From Candidatus Hydrogenedentota bacterium (GTDB lineage Bacteria > Hydrogenedentota > Hydrogenedentia > Hydrogenedentales > SLHB01): a stretch of 64,000 nucleotides of DNA. Numbering within the stretch: position 1 is the first letter of the stretch; every line of letters starts with the position of its first letter. The notes under the pieces were generated by a model. It was not told the DNA's origin, ran no database searches, and saw only the letters and a program-made list of their open reading frames with translations. The position numbers and the translations under genes were made by a program. Below are positions 49,991-60,106 of the stretch, piece after piece. The DNA lies in the NCBI GenBank assembly GCA_963745075.1, contig CAVUWV010000014.1, forward strand, positions 96,001 through 160,000. The letters are read 5' to 3'.

Positions 49991-51490
49991 GTGCAACGTC
50001 GCGTTCTTATAACTGCTGTCGCTGCGGTAGTCCTGTTCTGGATCGTAATGACGGCCCTGTTGCTGAAGCGGGAAGTCTTCATTCCGAGGCTGACGCCGGA
50101 CCGGCTCGCCGGTTCGGGATATTCCGAAATGCCTACCGACACTTGGATGGCTATCTATACTTCCGACCGCACGCAGATCGGCTACGTTAATGTGCGGACC
50201 CATCCCGAGGCACGCCAGAACGATCCGGGCACGCTGATTACCGTGCTGGGCCGCGTGCGGCTCGCCATGCTGGGGGACGCTTCCGAAATGGTCGCTCTCG
50301 GTCAGACCTGGGTGTCGCGAAAGAACGGTGTGCGCGAATTCTCCTTCGACATTCGTTCCTCGGGACACGACGTCAGCGTCAGCGGCGCCGTCGACGGGCA
50401 CACCCTTAAAGCGCGCGTCAAGACCGGGGGAGAATCCTATCCCCTCGAATTGCCGCTTCAGAACACCCTGCGCCTCTCCAGCGGCATCGGATTCAGTGCA
50501 ACGAACATGCCCGTTCTTGAACCGGGCGATGTTTTTCAGGTCGACACCTTCGATCCCTTGTCCATGTCCGTCTCTCCCGCCAAGGTGACCTGTGACGGTA
50601 TCGAGAAGATCCAGAACATGGGGAACACCGTCGAGGCGCGGGTTGTCACGTTGGACATGAACGGCATCAAGACCCGCGCCTGGATCTCCGACACCGGCGA
50701 GGTGCTTCGCGCGGAAACCCTCCTCGGCTTCATCGTCGAACGAACCCGCCAGGAAGACGCTATGGCAAATCTCGCCGGGCCGCCCCAATCCACCGACACG
50801 TTTAGCCAGTTGGCGGCCGTTCGGCCCACCGGCAAGGTGCCCCATCGGGGCGCGCGTCGCATGATCATTCGCGTATCCGGAGGAGATCCGGATCGACCCC
50901 CCCCAACGGACGACACGCAAACGGTAAACTCTGCGGGCCAAGTGGCGATCGTCTCTCCCGAACCGCCCGCCGGTCCCGACGCGAAAGCGCCGCCGAAAGC
51001 GATCGCCGACGCTTTTCTCGGCGGCGATCCCTTCGTGCAGACCAACTCTCCCCGCATCCGGGAGGCCGCCAAGCTGATTCTCGGTGACGAGACGGGGACG
51101 TGGAACCGGGCCATGCGACTCTACGAATGGGTATACGAAAACATTGAGAAAGTACCCGTGTTGAGCGTGCCCAGCGCCCTCGACGTTCTTGATAGCAAGA
51201 AGGGAGACTGCAACGAGCACACAGTTCTTTATACTGCCTTGGCTCGTGCTGCCGGAATCCCCACCCGTATCGCCATCGGCATTGTCTGGAGCGAGGAGTA
51301 CCACGCCTTCTACTACCACGCCTGGCCCGAGGTCTACGCGGGGCGGTGGTATTGGGTCGACCCCACCCTCGGCCAACCCATCGCAGATGCCACCCACGTC
51401 AAACTACTCACCGGCGGAATCGAGAACTGGTGGCAATTGGTCCCTTACTTGGGACGTATACAGGTCACTATCGACGAGTTGGAATATTGA
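49991..51490 (+). CDS. Membrane-anchored transglutaminase-like domain protein
   Basis: GDCNEH, YHAWPEVY, VDPT catalytic triad; N-terminal TM. Confidence 0.85.
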   Translation: MQRRVLITAVAAVVLFWIVMTALLLKREVFIPRLTPDRLAGSGYSEMPTDTWMAIYTSDRTQIGYVNVRTHPEARQNDPGTLITVLGRVRLAMLGDASEMVALGQTWVSRKNGVREFSFDIRSSGHDVSVSGAVDGHTLKARVKTGGESYPLELPLQNTLRLSSGIGFSATNMPVLEPGDVFQVDTFDPLSMSVSPAKVTCDGIEKIQNMGNTVEARVVTLDMNGIKTRAWISDTGEVLRAETLLGFIVERTRQEDAMANLAGPPQSTDTFSQLAAVRPTGKVPHRGARRMIIRVSGGDPDRPPPTDDTQTVNSAGQVAIVSPEPPAGPDAKAPPKAIADAFLGGDPFVQTNSPRIREAAKLILGDETGTWNRAMRLYEWVYENIEKVPVLSVPSALDVLDSKKGDCNEHTVLYTALARAAGIPTRIAIGIVWSEEYHAFYYHAWPEVYAGRWYWVDPTLGQPIADATHVKLLTGGIENWWQLVPYLGRIQVTIDELEY

Positions 51491-51511
51491 TTCGCTTTAC
51501 GTCTGCGCTGG

Positions 51512-51725
51512 CTAGAGCAGTTTAAGTATTGTCGTAGCCGCTGCTGCCCTCACGTACTCGTTTTCGTACTTCGTACTCGGATCGTCGAGCGTGTAGCGTT
51601 ACGGTTTGGCTAACCCAACACGTCGTTCCTCCACTGTGTCAAGACTTCGCATCTTGTCGAGTACGAAAGCGAGTACGAGTACGAAGTACGATTAAGAGGA
51701 CATGGGAGCAGTTAAATTGCTCGAG
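51512..51725. mobile_element. MITE-like element with nested GTACGA repeats
   Basis: Ends CTAGAGCAGTTTAA / TTAAATTGCTCGAG (12/14 inverted match); internal CGTACT(C/T) clusters inverted against (G/A)AGTACG clusters. Confidence 0.55.
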
Positions 51726-51976
51726 TCCCCATTTCTTGCCGCACCCAAGGTACGGGTCTGCATGATGTCGAGAAATGAGGAGTGAATCTGCAAAGCAGGA
51801 CCAATGCGAACCTGACATCTGATTGGTTGTAATCATTTGTTACGATATTTGGTCCAGATTCTGGACTAGACCTTGCCAACGCAGGGGCAACGACACGTCT
51901 ATCTCGGCTCCATGGTTGTTTGTAAGATACTTATGGTAGATGACTTGCGAATTTGAGAGCAGGTTGATTCTTCCCT

Positions 51977-51992
51977 TGGCATGTCAGTTGCA
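51977..51992 (+). promoter_or_regulatory. Sigma54 (-24/-12) promoter
   Basis: TGGCATGTCAGTTGCA vs consensus TGGCACGNNNNTTGCW; palindrome GTCCAGATTCTGGAC about 110 bp upstream. Confidence 0.65.
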
Positions 51993-52195
51993 CTTGTGCG
52001 GGTAAGAGCGGTGGCCGTCGTGGCAGGACGGCAGTGAATGGCCCGTGCCACCGACAACGATAAGAGATTGGGAAATTGAGCCTTATGAGTGAACAAGTGT
52101 ATGACCGGATGGCCAAGGCCCGGCAGAGCCCCAGTCGCCGTGTCCAAATTCTGGACTCGCAACGGCCGGCACCGATTTTGAAAGGGGGGCAAGCG

Positions 52196-52342
52196 ATGTT
52201 GAAACATCCGGCGACGATTGGACCAAACCAAATCGCGCGGAGCCAGACAGCCCCGGTCTTCTACTGGCTCTGGTGGATTTCCGTTGGTTGTGCGATCCTT
52301 CTGCTTTCTCTCTTGCTCTATCCGGGAATTGCGCGCACGTAA
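52196..52342 (+). CDS. Putative small single-TM protein (48 aa; in-frame ATG 52085 would give 85 aa)
   Basis: AAAGGGGGG RBS; MLKHPATIGPNQIARSQTAPVFYWLWWISVGCAILLLSLLLYPGIART. Confidence 0.45.
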   Translation: MLKHPATIGPNQIARSQTAPVFYWLWWISVGCAILLLSLLLYPGIART

Positions 52343-52692
52343 CGACGAACGAATGTATTCAAGGCAAAGACGATGAAGCATTGCAGCAAGCATAGCGAAT
52401 TTGTAGGCACCGAGGCCGGTGAGTTTTCTTCAGTGACCTTTAATGTGCATTCCTCGCGTCCGTGCCGGAGCCTCTCCCGAGAATCACAGCAGGCGAGCCC
52501 ATCGCTCGATGTGCCCATCGGAACTCCGTCGTATCCCACACCACTTGCCCATGTCGTCACTCCCACGTGACGACATTGGTCACACCCTTCGGCACGGACG
52601 CGTTCTTTTTGACGTGCTCGATTCTCATGGGGGTTCGAGACTGAACAGCCCGGGGGAAGGCGACGCGGCAGGCCATTCAAGGCCTGCCGTTG

Positions 52693-54921
52693 TCATTCGG
52701 TTACGCGGTAGATAATCGTGCTATTCTTGGGCAGGTCGTCGCGCCATACTTGCGTGTCGGTCGCGACGGGGGCCCCACGATAGGGAATCAACCGCTCGAC
52801 AAGGTGGACCGGTTCAGGCCACCGAAACCGTTCCGTTAACGCCCGATCGGTGTGGACGACGAGATACGGACCAATCACACCGACCATGCCCGGCGACTCG
52901 CGATAGAAGTTCACACCGGAGTTTCGGCAGATCCAGCGCAACAACCCCACCGGCAGGCGAGGAACCGACGTGTACACGCTGACACCGCCGCCCATGGGCC
53001 GTGCGGCGGCGGCGGCCTCTCCCGTTCCCTCGTACCGCGCGAGGATTTGCATGCCGCCGCCCTCGCCGATGCGGAAGCGTGGCGACCAATCGTGGTTGAA
53101 CGGCGCCTGCTCTTCCGTCACGGTGCTCGCGATTGCGAAGGAACCTTCCTGCTGTGTTGGCGTAACCTCGAATCCGGTGAGGTCCTCGATGCGCGACACA
53201 TCCAACCCTTTCGGTCCGACAAGCCCGGGTGCGAAGGTCCAGATAACCGTTGCTCCCCGGCGGAGGATCGAACGCACGGCGCGCTGTGCGGAATCATCGA
53301 AGCAATACGGATTTGCGAGAATAACGACTTTTGCCGAGTCCGGAATCTCCGGCAGGTCGCTCTGCAGATAGAACCCGACCGTCGTGCCGATTCGGCTGAC
53401 TTCGTGGCGCCAGTTTCCCATCGATTGCAGCAGGTAGGGCCGGGTGTCCGCGCGCAGCGCGGAAACGCTCGTTTCGTCCGCGACAAAGGCGACTTCGGGC
53501 TGGAATACGGGTTCATCGCGGGCCGTCGCCGCCATGCGGCGCAGAAGTGGCGTAGTCTTCCAGAGCCCCTCATCCAACCAGCGCCCGTCCGACAGCAGAT
53601 CGAAGTACCAGAACCCCGCCTTATGCGTCAGAAAGTTCGCGTAGTTGCGGCGGTTGACCGCGAGCGTTTCATCCAACGACCGCGTGCGGACATTCGCGCC
53701 GGGGGCGATGATGCCTTCGGGGGGGGCGATAGCGTGATGCGTGTAGGTGTCTTCCTCCAGCACCGCCAGCTTGCCGTGCAACGCGACCGAATCTACCGGC
53801 AAGTGGAAGTGTCCCGGCTGACCGATTGCCCGCTCGAAGTAGGCGTATGGCGCATGAATCATGTCCAGATCGGGACAATCCAGGAGCCGGGCCAGCGCCA
53901 GGTGGCCCGACTGGGCCAAAACCTGCGGGCCATTGTGATTCAGTTCGAAGGTATACCCATAGAACGCCCCCACCAGGGAGCGCCCGGCGGTAACTTCCTT
54001 CACTACCGACGCGAACTGCGCGATGGTATCGGCTACGAGGTCGCTCTGGTACTGTTGCGCGTCACTGGCGGGACGGTCGGCCACGGGATCGCGAAATGGA
54101 CCGAACACGGCGTGGTTCATCTTTTCCGGATTGGGCAATTCGGCCTTGGCCAGCGTTGCGTCCGGGTCCCCCCAGGCCGTCTGGAGGTCCCGGTCGGTCT
54201 CGTACTTGGCCGTCAGCCACGCGCGAAATGCGCGTTCGTTGGCCTCCGAGTAGTCCAGGGAATCGTTGGCGTGATAATAAAACCACTCTCCGGTCTGCAT
54301 GTTGGCCAGGCAAACCCCGAGAAACCGGTCCGCGTGCGGCCCTTCGACGATTTCGCCAAGCCGTGCCCGCAACAGCCGCTCCGCCTCGTCGCGCCAGACC
54401 GTACTGGCCGGCGACGCCCAGCGCACGCGGGTGCCGTCACCAAGCACGATGGACGCGTCGGGATGAGCGTCCAGCCACGCGGGCGTCCCGCCAACCCAAA
54501 TCCGGACATAGTAGTAGGCGCGGGGATTTGCCGAGCAGAATCGGCCGATGGTTTCGAGCGCGTCGTGTTTGGTATCGTTCCAATCGAGCGGAATGTTGAA
54601 CGAAATCAAATCGATCCCCGCCTTTGCCGCCTGGCGTACTTCGTCCAGCAGAATGTCGTCACGATTGAACTGGTTGTTGCCGGCAAAAAAGATGGGGGAG
54701 ACGATGCGATCGTTGATTTCGATTGCTGGGCCGCCCTTGGTGCCCGAGAGCACGTGACAGGACGGGAGTTCAGGCCGGGCGGAGGAGACCAGTAGTAGCA
54801 CTGAACACGCGGCACATAGCGCAAAGCCCCAACCTCTTCGTGCGGTCCGCAATCCGGTGGACGGAGTGGAAACCGTTTCTTGAGGGACATCTCTACGCAC
54901 TGCCACCTTTACTCCTGGCAT
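52693..54921 (-). CDS. Exported beta-galactosidase-like (GH42-related) hydrolase
   Basis: Signal peptide; TGEW, DYS....AFRAWL..KY, VGAFYGY, EEDTYTH; trimerisation-like C-terminal domain; start uncertain. Confidence 0.65.
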   Translation of the reverse strand: MPGVKVAVRRDVPQETVSTPSTGLRTARRGWGFALCAACSVLLLVSSARPELPSCHVLSGTKGGPAIEINDRIVSPIFFAGNNQFNRDDILLDEVRQAAKAGIDLISFNIPLDWNDTKHDALETIGRFCSANPRAYYYVRIWVGGTPAWLDAHPDASIVLGDGTRVRWASPASTVWRDEAERLLRARLGEIVEGPHADRFLGVCLANMQTGEWFYYHANDSLDYSEANERAFRAWLTAKYETDRDLQTAWGDPDATLAKAELPNPEKMNHAVFGPFRDPVADRPASDAQQYQSDLVADTIAQFASVVKEVTAGRSLVGAFYGYTFELNHNGPQVLAQSGHLALARLLDCPDLDMIHAPYAYFERAIGQPGHFHLPVDSVALHGKLAVLEEDTYTHHAIAPPEGIIAPGANVRTRSLDETLAVNRRNYANFLTHKAGFWYFDLLSDGRWLDEGLWKTTPLLRRMAATARDEPVFQPEVAFVADETSVSALRADTRPYLLQSMGNWRHEVSRIGTTVGFYLQSDLPEIPDSAKVVILANPYCFDDSAQRAVRSILRRGATVIWTFAPGLVGPKGLDVSRIEDLTGFEVTPTQQEGSFAIASTVTEEQAPFNHDWSPRFRIGEGGGMQILARYEGTGEAAAAARPMGGGVSVYTSVPRLPVGLLRWICRNSGVNFYRESPGMVGVIGPYLVVHTDRALTERFRWPEPVHLVERLIPYRGAPVATDTQVWRDDLPKNSTIIYRVTE

Positions 54922-55014
54922 TCGATTTCAGTATCCAGCGGCTTACACGCTGCGATCCTAATATGTCGCGAGGAATGGGAACAAGAAGGACGCGAGAGTG
55001 AGGGAAAAACGCGA

Positions 55015-55992
55015 CTACGAACCGCGTATCAAGACAAATTCCGCCAAGCCATGCATGCTGTCGCGATAGGTGCCCGAGGGAAGCGCGGAAAGCGCCGCCT
55101 GGGCCTCGTCGGCATATTCACGCGCCAAAGCTTCGGTTCGCTCTCGTGCCCGCGTGGATTCCAGCATGTCCGCCACCCAGGCTTGGTCGGCCGGTGACAG
55201 TGGTTTGCCACGCATACCGTCCAGCCGCGCCTCGCCGGCTGCGTCCAGTCCTTCCCGCATGTACAGGAGCGGCAACGTCCGTTTGCCCTCGACGATGTCG
55301 CCGAATGCCGGTTTCCCGAGGGTTTCCCGGTTCTGGGACAGGTCCAGCACGTCGTCAATCAATTGAAACGCGATGCCGATGGCCATCCCGAAGTCGTACA
55401 ATCCGTCGCGCGGCGCTCCGTCGATCAGGCAGGACGGCGTCGCGCAGGTGACCGCGAAAAGACTTGCCGTCTTCTGTCGCGCCAAGCTGATGCACGCTTC
55501 CTTGGAATGGTGATCGCGGCCCAGCCCGAAGTTGGTAAGTTCGCCCTCCGCCATCTGCCGGACCGAATCGATCGCGCTCGTGATGACCGCACAGGAATCG
55601 TAACAACTCATGATTGCGATCGCGCGCGCGACCAGGTAGTCGCCGCCCAACACAGCCGTGTGGTTGTCCCACATGGCATTGAGCGACCGCACGCCCCGCC
55701 GCAAGTCCGAACCGTCGATGACGTCGTCATGAGCCAACGCGGCCAAATGGAGTAGTTCCATCGCGGTTGCAAGCGGAACGAAGCGGGCCGTATCGTCGGC
55801 TCCGCCGGCTCGCGCCGAAAGCAGGCACAGGGCCGGCCGCAGCATCTTGCCCCCGGATGGCGGTTTTGGCAATTCGCTGCCGTGCACGAGACGCAACGCC
55901 TCGGTCCATAGGCCGGCAACCGCCGCGCGGACCGATTCCATCTCGGTTTGAACAGGCTTGTATAACTCGCTAAGCGTCAGCGTGGTTTGCAT
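55015..55992 (-). CDS. Polyprenyl diphosphate synthase (long-chain trans-IPPS)
   Basis: GGKMLRP, LAHDDVID...RRG, AVLGGD, KTASLF, FQLIDDVLD, GK....D..EGK.TLP. Confidence 0.92.
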   Translation of the reverse strand: MQTTLTLSELYKPVQTEMESVRAAVAGLWTEALRLVHGSELPKPPSGGKMLRPALCLLSARAGGADDTARFVPLATAMELLHLAALAHDDVIDGSDLRRGVRSLNAMWDNHTAVLGGDYLVARAIAIMSCYDSCAVITSAIDSVRQMAEGELTNFGLGRDHHSKEACISLARQKTASLFAVTCATPSCLIDGAPRDGLYDFGMAIGIAFQLIDDVLDLSQNRETLGKPAFGDIVEGKRTLPLLYMREGLDAAGEARLDGMRGKPLSPADQAWVADMLESTRARERTEALAREYADEAQAALSALPSGTYRDSMHGLAEFVLIRGS

Positions 55993-56077
55993 GGGGACGG
56001 ATTGTACCACACCGGAACGGACTCGTTCGACATCTGCGTCCGAAGTGGTCACGAGAACTTTGCCACTTAAAGCGTCG

Positions 56078-56208
56078 GCTGGGAGCGCTTGGCTCCAGCC
56101 TGACGACGCTTCAGGGCGAGTCCATCGCGGACGAGCAATCGCAAGTTGGTATGTCGCCGCCGGTAAACACTCCGAACCCCGCCAGGCTGGAGCCAGGCGC
56201 TCCCAGTG
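56078..56208. mobile_element. ~131-bp MITE/REPIN-like element, copy 2 (inverted relative to copy 1)
   Basis: Reverse complement aligns with 12363-12493 in both arms and spacer. Confidence 0.8.
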
Positions 56209-56403
56209 TCGCCGCAATCCTGATCCCGCGATCCTTTCGTATCCCAACGATCGTGATTCGAAATCACGCCAAGAGTCCGGGCCGGACACGGACAAGTTGC
56301 GTGCGTTTGCCCCGGGCGAACAGCGTTGCCATATCGTCTGACGCGCGGTAGAATGGGGTGGGCACTTAGGGCAGCATCCAACCATGAGAAAGGGGGTCTT
56401 GCC

Positions 56404-56892
56404 ATGAGTGACGCAACCTCGCTTTGCGTTCACGACGCAGTGATTGCAGGCGACGCTGCCCGTGTTCACGCCCTTATCGACGAAGACCCAACCCTCCTGG
56501 AAGCCCGGGATGACGACGGTTTTACCCCGCTCCTGCTTGCCGCCGAGTTCGGATGTTTCCCCATGGCAAAGTTCCTTCTCGACCGGGGTGCCGACCCGAA
56601 CGCTCGGGACCAGTACGGCGATCCCCCCGTGTTGCTCGCCGTGCGAACCGGCAGTAAGCGCATGGTTCGATTCCTGGTCGAGCGCGGCGCCGATGTCAAC
56701 GCCCAAAACGACATGGGATGGACGGCCCTGCACGAAGCCGCGGACGACGACTACAAGGGGATGGCGCAGCTCCTGATCGAACTCGGCGCTGACCTCTTGG
56801 CCCGGGATAACCAAGGCCGAACCGCGCTCGACCTCGCGGGATCGGATTATCATTCCGCCGTCGCCCGGCTACTGAGCAAGCACCAACGCTGA
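56404..56892 (+). CDS. Ankyrin repeat protein
   Basis: GFTPLLLAA, GADPNARD, GWTALHEAA, GRTALDLA. Confidence 0.92.
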   Translation: MSDATSLCVHDAVIAGDAARVHALIDEDPTLLEARDDDGFTPLLLAAEFGCFPMAKFLLDRGADPNARDQYGDPPVLLAVRTGSKRMVRFLVERGADVNAQNDMGWTALHEAADDDYKGMAQLLIELGADLLARDNQGRTALDLAGSDYHSAVARLLSKHQR

Positions 56893-56931
56893 GGGCCGCG
56901 CATCGCCTGACCCGAATCTCGCGACAAGAAG

Positions 56932-56972
56932 ATCCTCCTGCGCGGAGGTGATCCGCGCAGGAGGATTATTCT
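56932..56972 (+). terminator. Intrinsic terminator-like hairpin between convergent units
   Basis: 15-bp perfect stem ATCCTCCTGCGCGGA-GGTGA-TCCGCGCAGGAGGAT followed by TATTCT. Confidence 0.65.
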
Positions 56973-57028
56973 ATGGGCTCACGCTGGCTTGGGTGCCCCC
57001 CCTAAGTTGTGGTCACAATTTCGCCAGA

Positions 57029-57235
57029 TCACGTACCTCGGTTGACCCATCCCGTGAATCCGGCCAACTTGTTTACCGGCCACTCGTCAGTCGGATACTT
57101 GATAAACTTCACATGGCCGTCCATGCACAACACGTTGCTTCCACCGGGGACGTGATTGAAATCGGTAACCAGAATGGATACGGCAACCCACATTACTGGG
57201 AGTTGGCTTTGCGCGGTTGCACTGCCTGCATTGGT
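57029..57235 (-). pseudogene. Orphan C-terminal fragment of a DUF1559/H-X9-DG prepilin-like protein
   Basis: AGSATAQSQLPVMW...DFNHVPGGSNVLCMDGHVKFIKYP...*; in-frame stop just upstream, no N-terminal pilin part. Confidence 0.7.
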
Positions 57236-57284
57236 TTCGCCATGAGCATCAAAGCCTCAAATCGGACTTGTGCAACAGTCCCGG

Positions 57285-58388
57285 TCAGCCGCGAAGTCGT
57301 TCCAGAATCTCCAAGCCCCGTTGGATCGTCCCGTCGTCTGCCGCAAAGCTGATCCGGAAGTGAGACTTCCGTTCGCTGAACACCGAACCCGGAATGATCA
57401 GTAAATTGTTCTCGATCGCTTTGCTGACAAACGCGTCGCCGTTTTCAATCGGGGCCTGAGGGAAGATGTAGAATGCGCCGCCCGGCTTAACCACGTCGAA
57501 TCCCCGCTCGACCAGACCGCGATAAATCTGATCCCGTTTCTTACGATACGCGTCGATTCGGGGGGAATGGTCCATTTCGAGGGCCTTGACGGCCGCCTTC
57601 TGGGCGAAGGACGGCGCGCAGACGAAGGTGTATTGCTGGAGCGTGTTCATCTCGTTCAGCAGATTTTTCGGACCAGCCGCAAATCCTACGCGCCATCCGG
57701 TCATCGCCGCCATCTTGGAGAACCCATTCAACACGATGGTGTTTTCGTAGAGACCTGCCATCGTGCAGGGAGGATCATCGTAATGAAACTGATCGTAGAT
57801 GTCATCGCTGATGACCAGGAGATTGTGGGTACGCGCCACCTCCGCGAGGTCGCGCATTTCCTGCAACGTCAGCGTTACCCCGGTTGGATTGGACGGCGAA
57901 TTGACGATCAGCACCTTGGACTTGGGCGTAATCACTCGCTCGACAGCTTCTGCCGATAACTTGAAGTCGGGATACGTATCCACCATTCGGCAAACGCCGC
58001 CGATTAAATTGGTGAGGTGTTTGTACATGACGAAATACGGATCGCCGAAGATTACTTCGTCGCCAGGATTCACGGTGGCCAACAAGGCGAGAAACAATCC
58101 GCCCGACACGCCGGACGTAATCATGACGTTCTCCAGGGGCGTGCCGAACCGGCGCTGGTAATAGCTCGACGCCGCCTCGCGAAGTTCCTCGATACCCCAG
58201 GTCTGAGTGTACTTGTTGAAACCGCCCCGTATTTGATCGATGGCGACTTCTTTGATCGCATCGTCCACGTCAAAATCCGGCTGGCCAATACTCAGATTGA
58301 CCGGATTCTCCAGCGTCGCCGCCAGCGCAAACACTTTCCGGATACCGCTCGAGTCAATCTTGCCCATCCGATCCGCGCGAAAACTCAT
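57285..58388 (-). CDS. PLP-dependent aminotransferase class I/II (AspC-like)
   Basis: NLSIGQPDF, NSPSNPTG, SDDIY, GFSKMAAMTGWRVG, PGGAFY, RISF. Confidence 0.93.
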   Translation of the reverse strand: MSFRADRMGKIDSSGIRKVFALAATLENPVNLSIGQPDFDVDDAIKEVAIDQIRGGFNKYTQTWGIEELREAASSYYQRRFGTPLENVMITSGVSGGLFLALLATVNPGDEVIFGDPYFVMYKHLTNLIGGVCRMVDTYPDFKLSAEAVERVITPKSKVLIVNSPSNPTGVTLTLQEMRDLAEVARTHNLLVISDDIYDQFHYDDPPCTMAGLYENTIVLNGFSKMAAMTGWRVGFAAGPKNLLNEMNTLQQYTFVCAPSFAQKAAVKALEMDHSPRIDAYRKKRDQIYRGLVERGFDVVKPGGAFYIFPQAPIENGDAFVSKAIENNLLIIPGSVFSERKSHFRISFAADDGTIQRGLEILERLRG

Positions 58389-58500
58389 GAACCCTCCTTC
58401 CAAATACGGCGAAACCACACATAGGCCCGGATCGTATCATATGACCGCCCATGAAAAGCGAATGATAGCGTAGGAAGATCGCTTTGAGTCCGGGGTCTGG

Positions 58501-59995
58501 TCAGCCGGACTCCGGTGGGCTTTTTTCGAGTTGACGGAGTAACGCGTCGAGATCGATCCGTGCGAGAGTGGTTGCACGGTCGGCCGTCGCATAGGGCAAA
58601 TACAAATACTGACCATGGATCATCCCGCCACACGAATACACCACGTTGGGCACGTAGCCGTCCCGTTCGTGTTCCAGGGGTTCGATCAATGGTTCGCGTA
58701 AGCGGCCGATCATGCGGCATGGATTCTCCAAGTCCAAGAGCATGGCGCCGATGCAATACCTACGCATGGGGCCGACGCCGTGGGTTAACAGCAGCCACCC
58801 GCGATCGGTTTCGATTGGGGAGCCGCAGTTCCCCACGATCATCAGTTCCCAGGGATACCGTGGTTTCGCGAGAAGTTCGGCGCTCTCCCAAAAATGAAGC
58901 ATGTCGGAGTACATAATGAACAGATTCTGGCCATCGATACGCGAACACATGGCGTAGTGACCGTTGATCCTGCGCGGGAATAGTCCCATGCCCTTGTTCT
59001 GCGCACATGCGCCGTTCAAAGTATGAATCGAGACGCTGCGAAAATCCGCGGTTTCGAGCAGCATCGGTAAGATTCGATAACCGTTAAACGCGGTGTACGT
59101 GCCAAAATACCGGACGGTCCCGTCCTCCTCGACGAACCGGACGAGACGAAGATCCTCGACCCCTCGTGACTCATTCTCGCTCTGGGGGAAGATGACAACG
59201 GATGAGACATCCGCATCTGGAGCCAGCCGCAACTGATAGTTCGAACGCGCCAGCCAGCGTATACTCTCGGCCGTATCCACGAATCGCGCGAGACCCCGCG
59301 AACCGCTTCGCTTGTTTGTCAGCGCCTCCTCCAGTGCCCCCAGTGTGAAGGAGTCCTCTAATTTGCCGAGTACCGCGTCTACTATGGCCGTATCCACCGA
59401 CATCTCACCCAGTTTTCGGCGGAAAAGCTCTTTGTCGTAGTGGTGATCGGGTGCGAGCCGCGCACGCCCCGAAAACCGTGGCGCCGGCTCGAGTTCGACC
59501 TCGTGCTGTGAATTGATGACCCCCTGACGAAACACGATGGACGATACGTGGCCCTCCCCCGTGGCGCGCAGGCTCATAACGAATCGCATGGCTCCCTCAG
59601 ACACGCCCTCCTGGACGGGGTGGAGAACGATCGAGGGATTGAAGAGCGCGCAGGATTCTTGCGAGAATTCCATCGTGAAATAGCTGCCGATGAGTAGACG
59701 CCGATCTTCCGAGACCTTCTTGCGTTTGCCCAGGTTTTCGCGAACGGCGGCATAGTTTTCGCGCAATACCGTGGTAAGGTCTTCGTGACGTTCCTGCGAA
59801 ACGTTCGTATACGGACGCCAGTATTTCGCGCACTTCCTCGTCCGGCATTTTCTGGATGCGTTCCAGCGCGTTTTGCATTCGCAATCCGGTCCACGGCGCG
59901 AAAGGCAATGTAATTACACGCCTATCATCGCTTTCCACTTTGAAAGACATGCGTTGCACAAGCTCTTGAGCCGCGACGCCAGAGTCTACAGCCAT
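58501..59995 (-). CDS. GH130-family glycosidase/phosphorylase split by a +1 frameshift near 59792
   Basis: ALFNPSIV, RATGEGHVSSI, GVEDLR, NKGMGLFPR, GNCGSP, GYVPNVVYSCG; deleting one A gives AGRHEDLTTVLREN. Confidence 0.85.
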
Positions 59996-60106
59996 AGTTC
60001 TTCTCCCAATCTGCAGTCTTCGTGCCCTCGCGCCAAGAATTCTGACCGTCACCCTTCAACGCACGGCCCAACGCGGCGCACCGAAGAACCAAGTTACGGC
60101 CGACGT

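Noticed and set aside
51550..51695. Possible CRISPR array
   Set aside because: Units are 6-7 bp and inverted, with no regular 25-40 bp repeat-spacer pattern and no cas genes
52852..54795. 647-aa plus-strand ORF and similar long antisense ORFs (e.g. 27453-28571, 33785-34804, 49973-51397)
   Set aside because: Shadow frames of real genes in high-GC DNA, with no motifs
55015..56853. 612-aa minus-strand ORF suggesting a long N-terminal extension on the polyprenyl synthase
   Set aside because: The extension is antisense to the ankyrin gene and crosses the MITE; family similarity starts near MQTT at 55992
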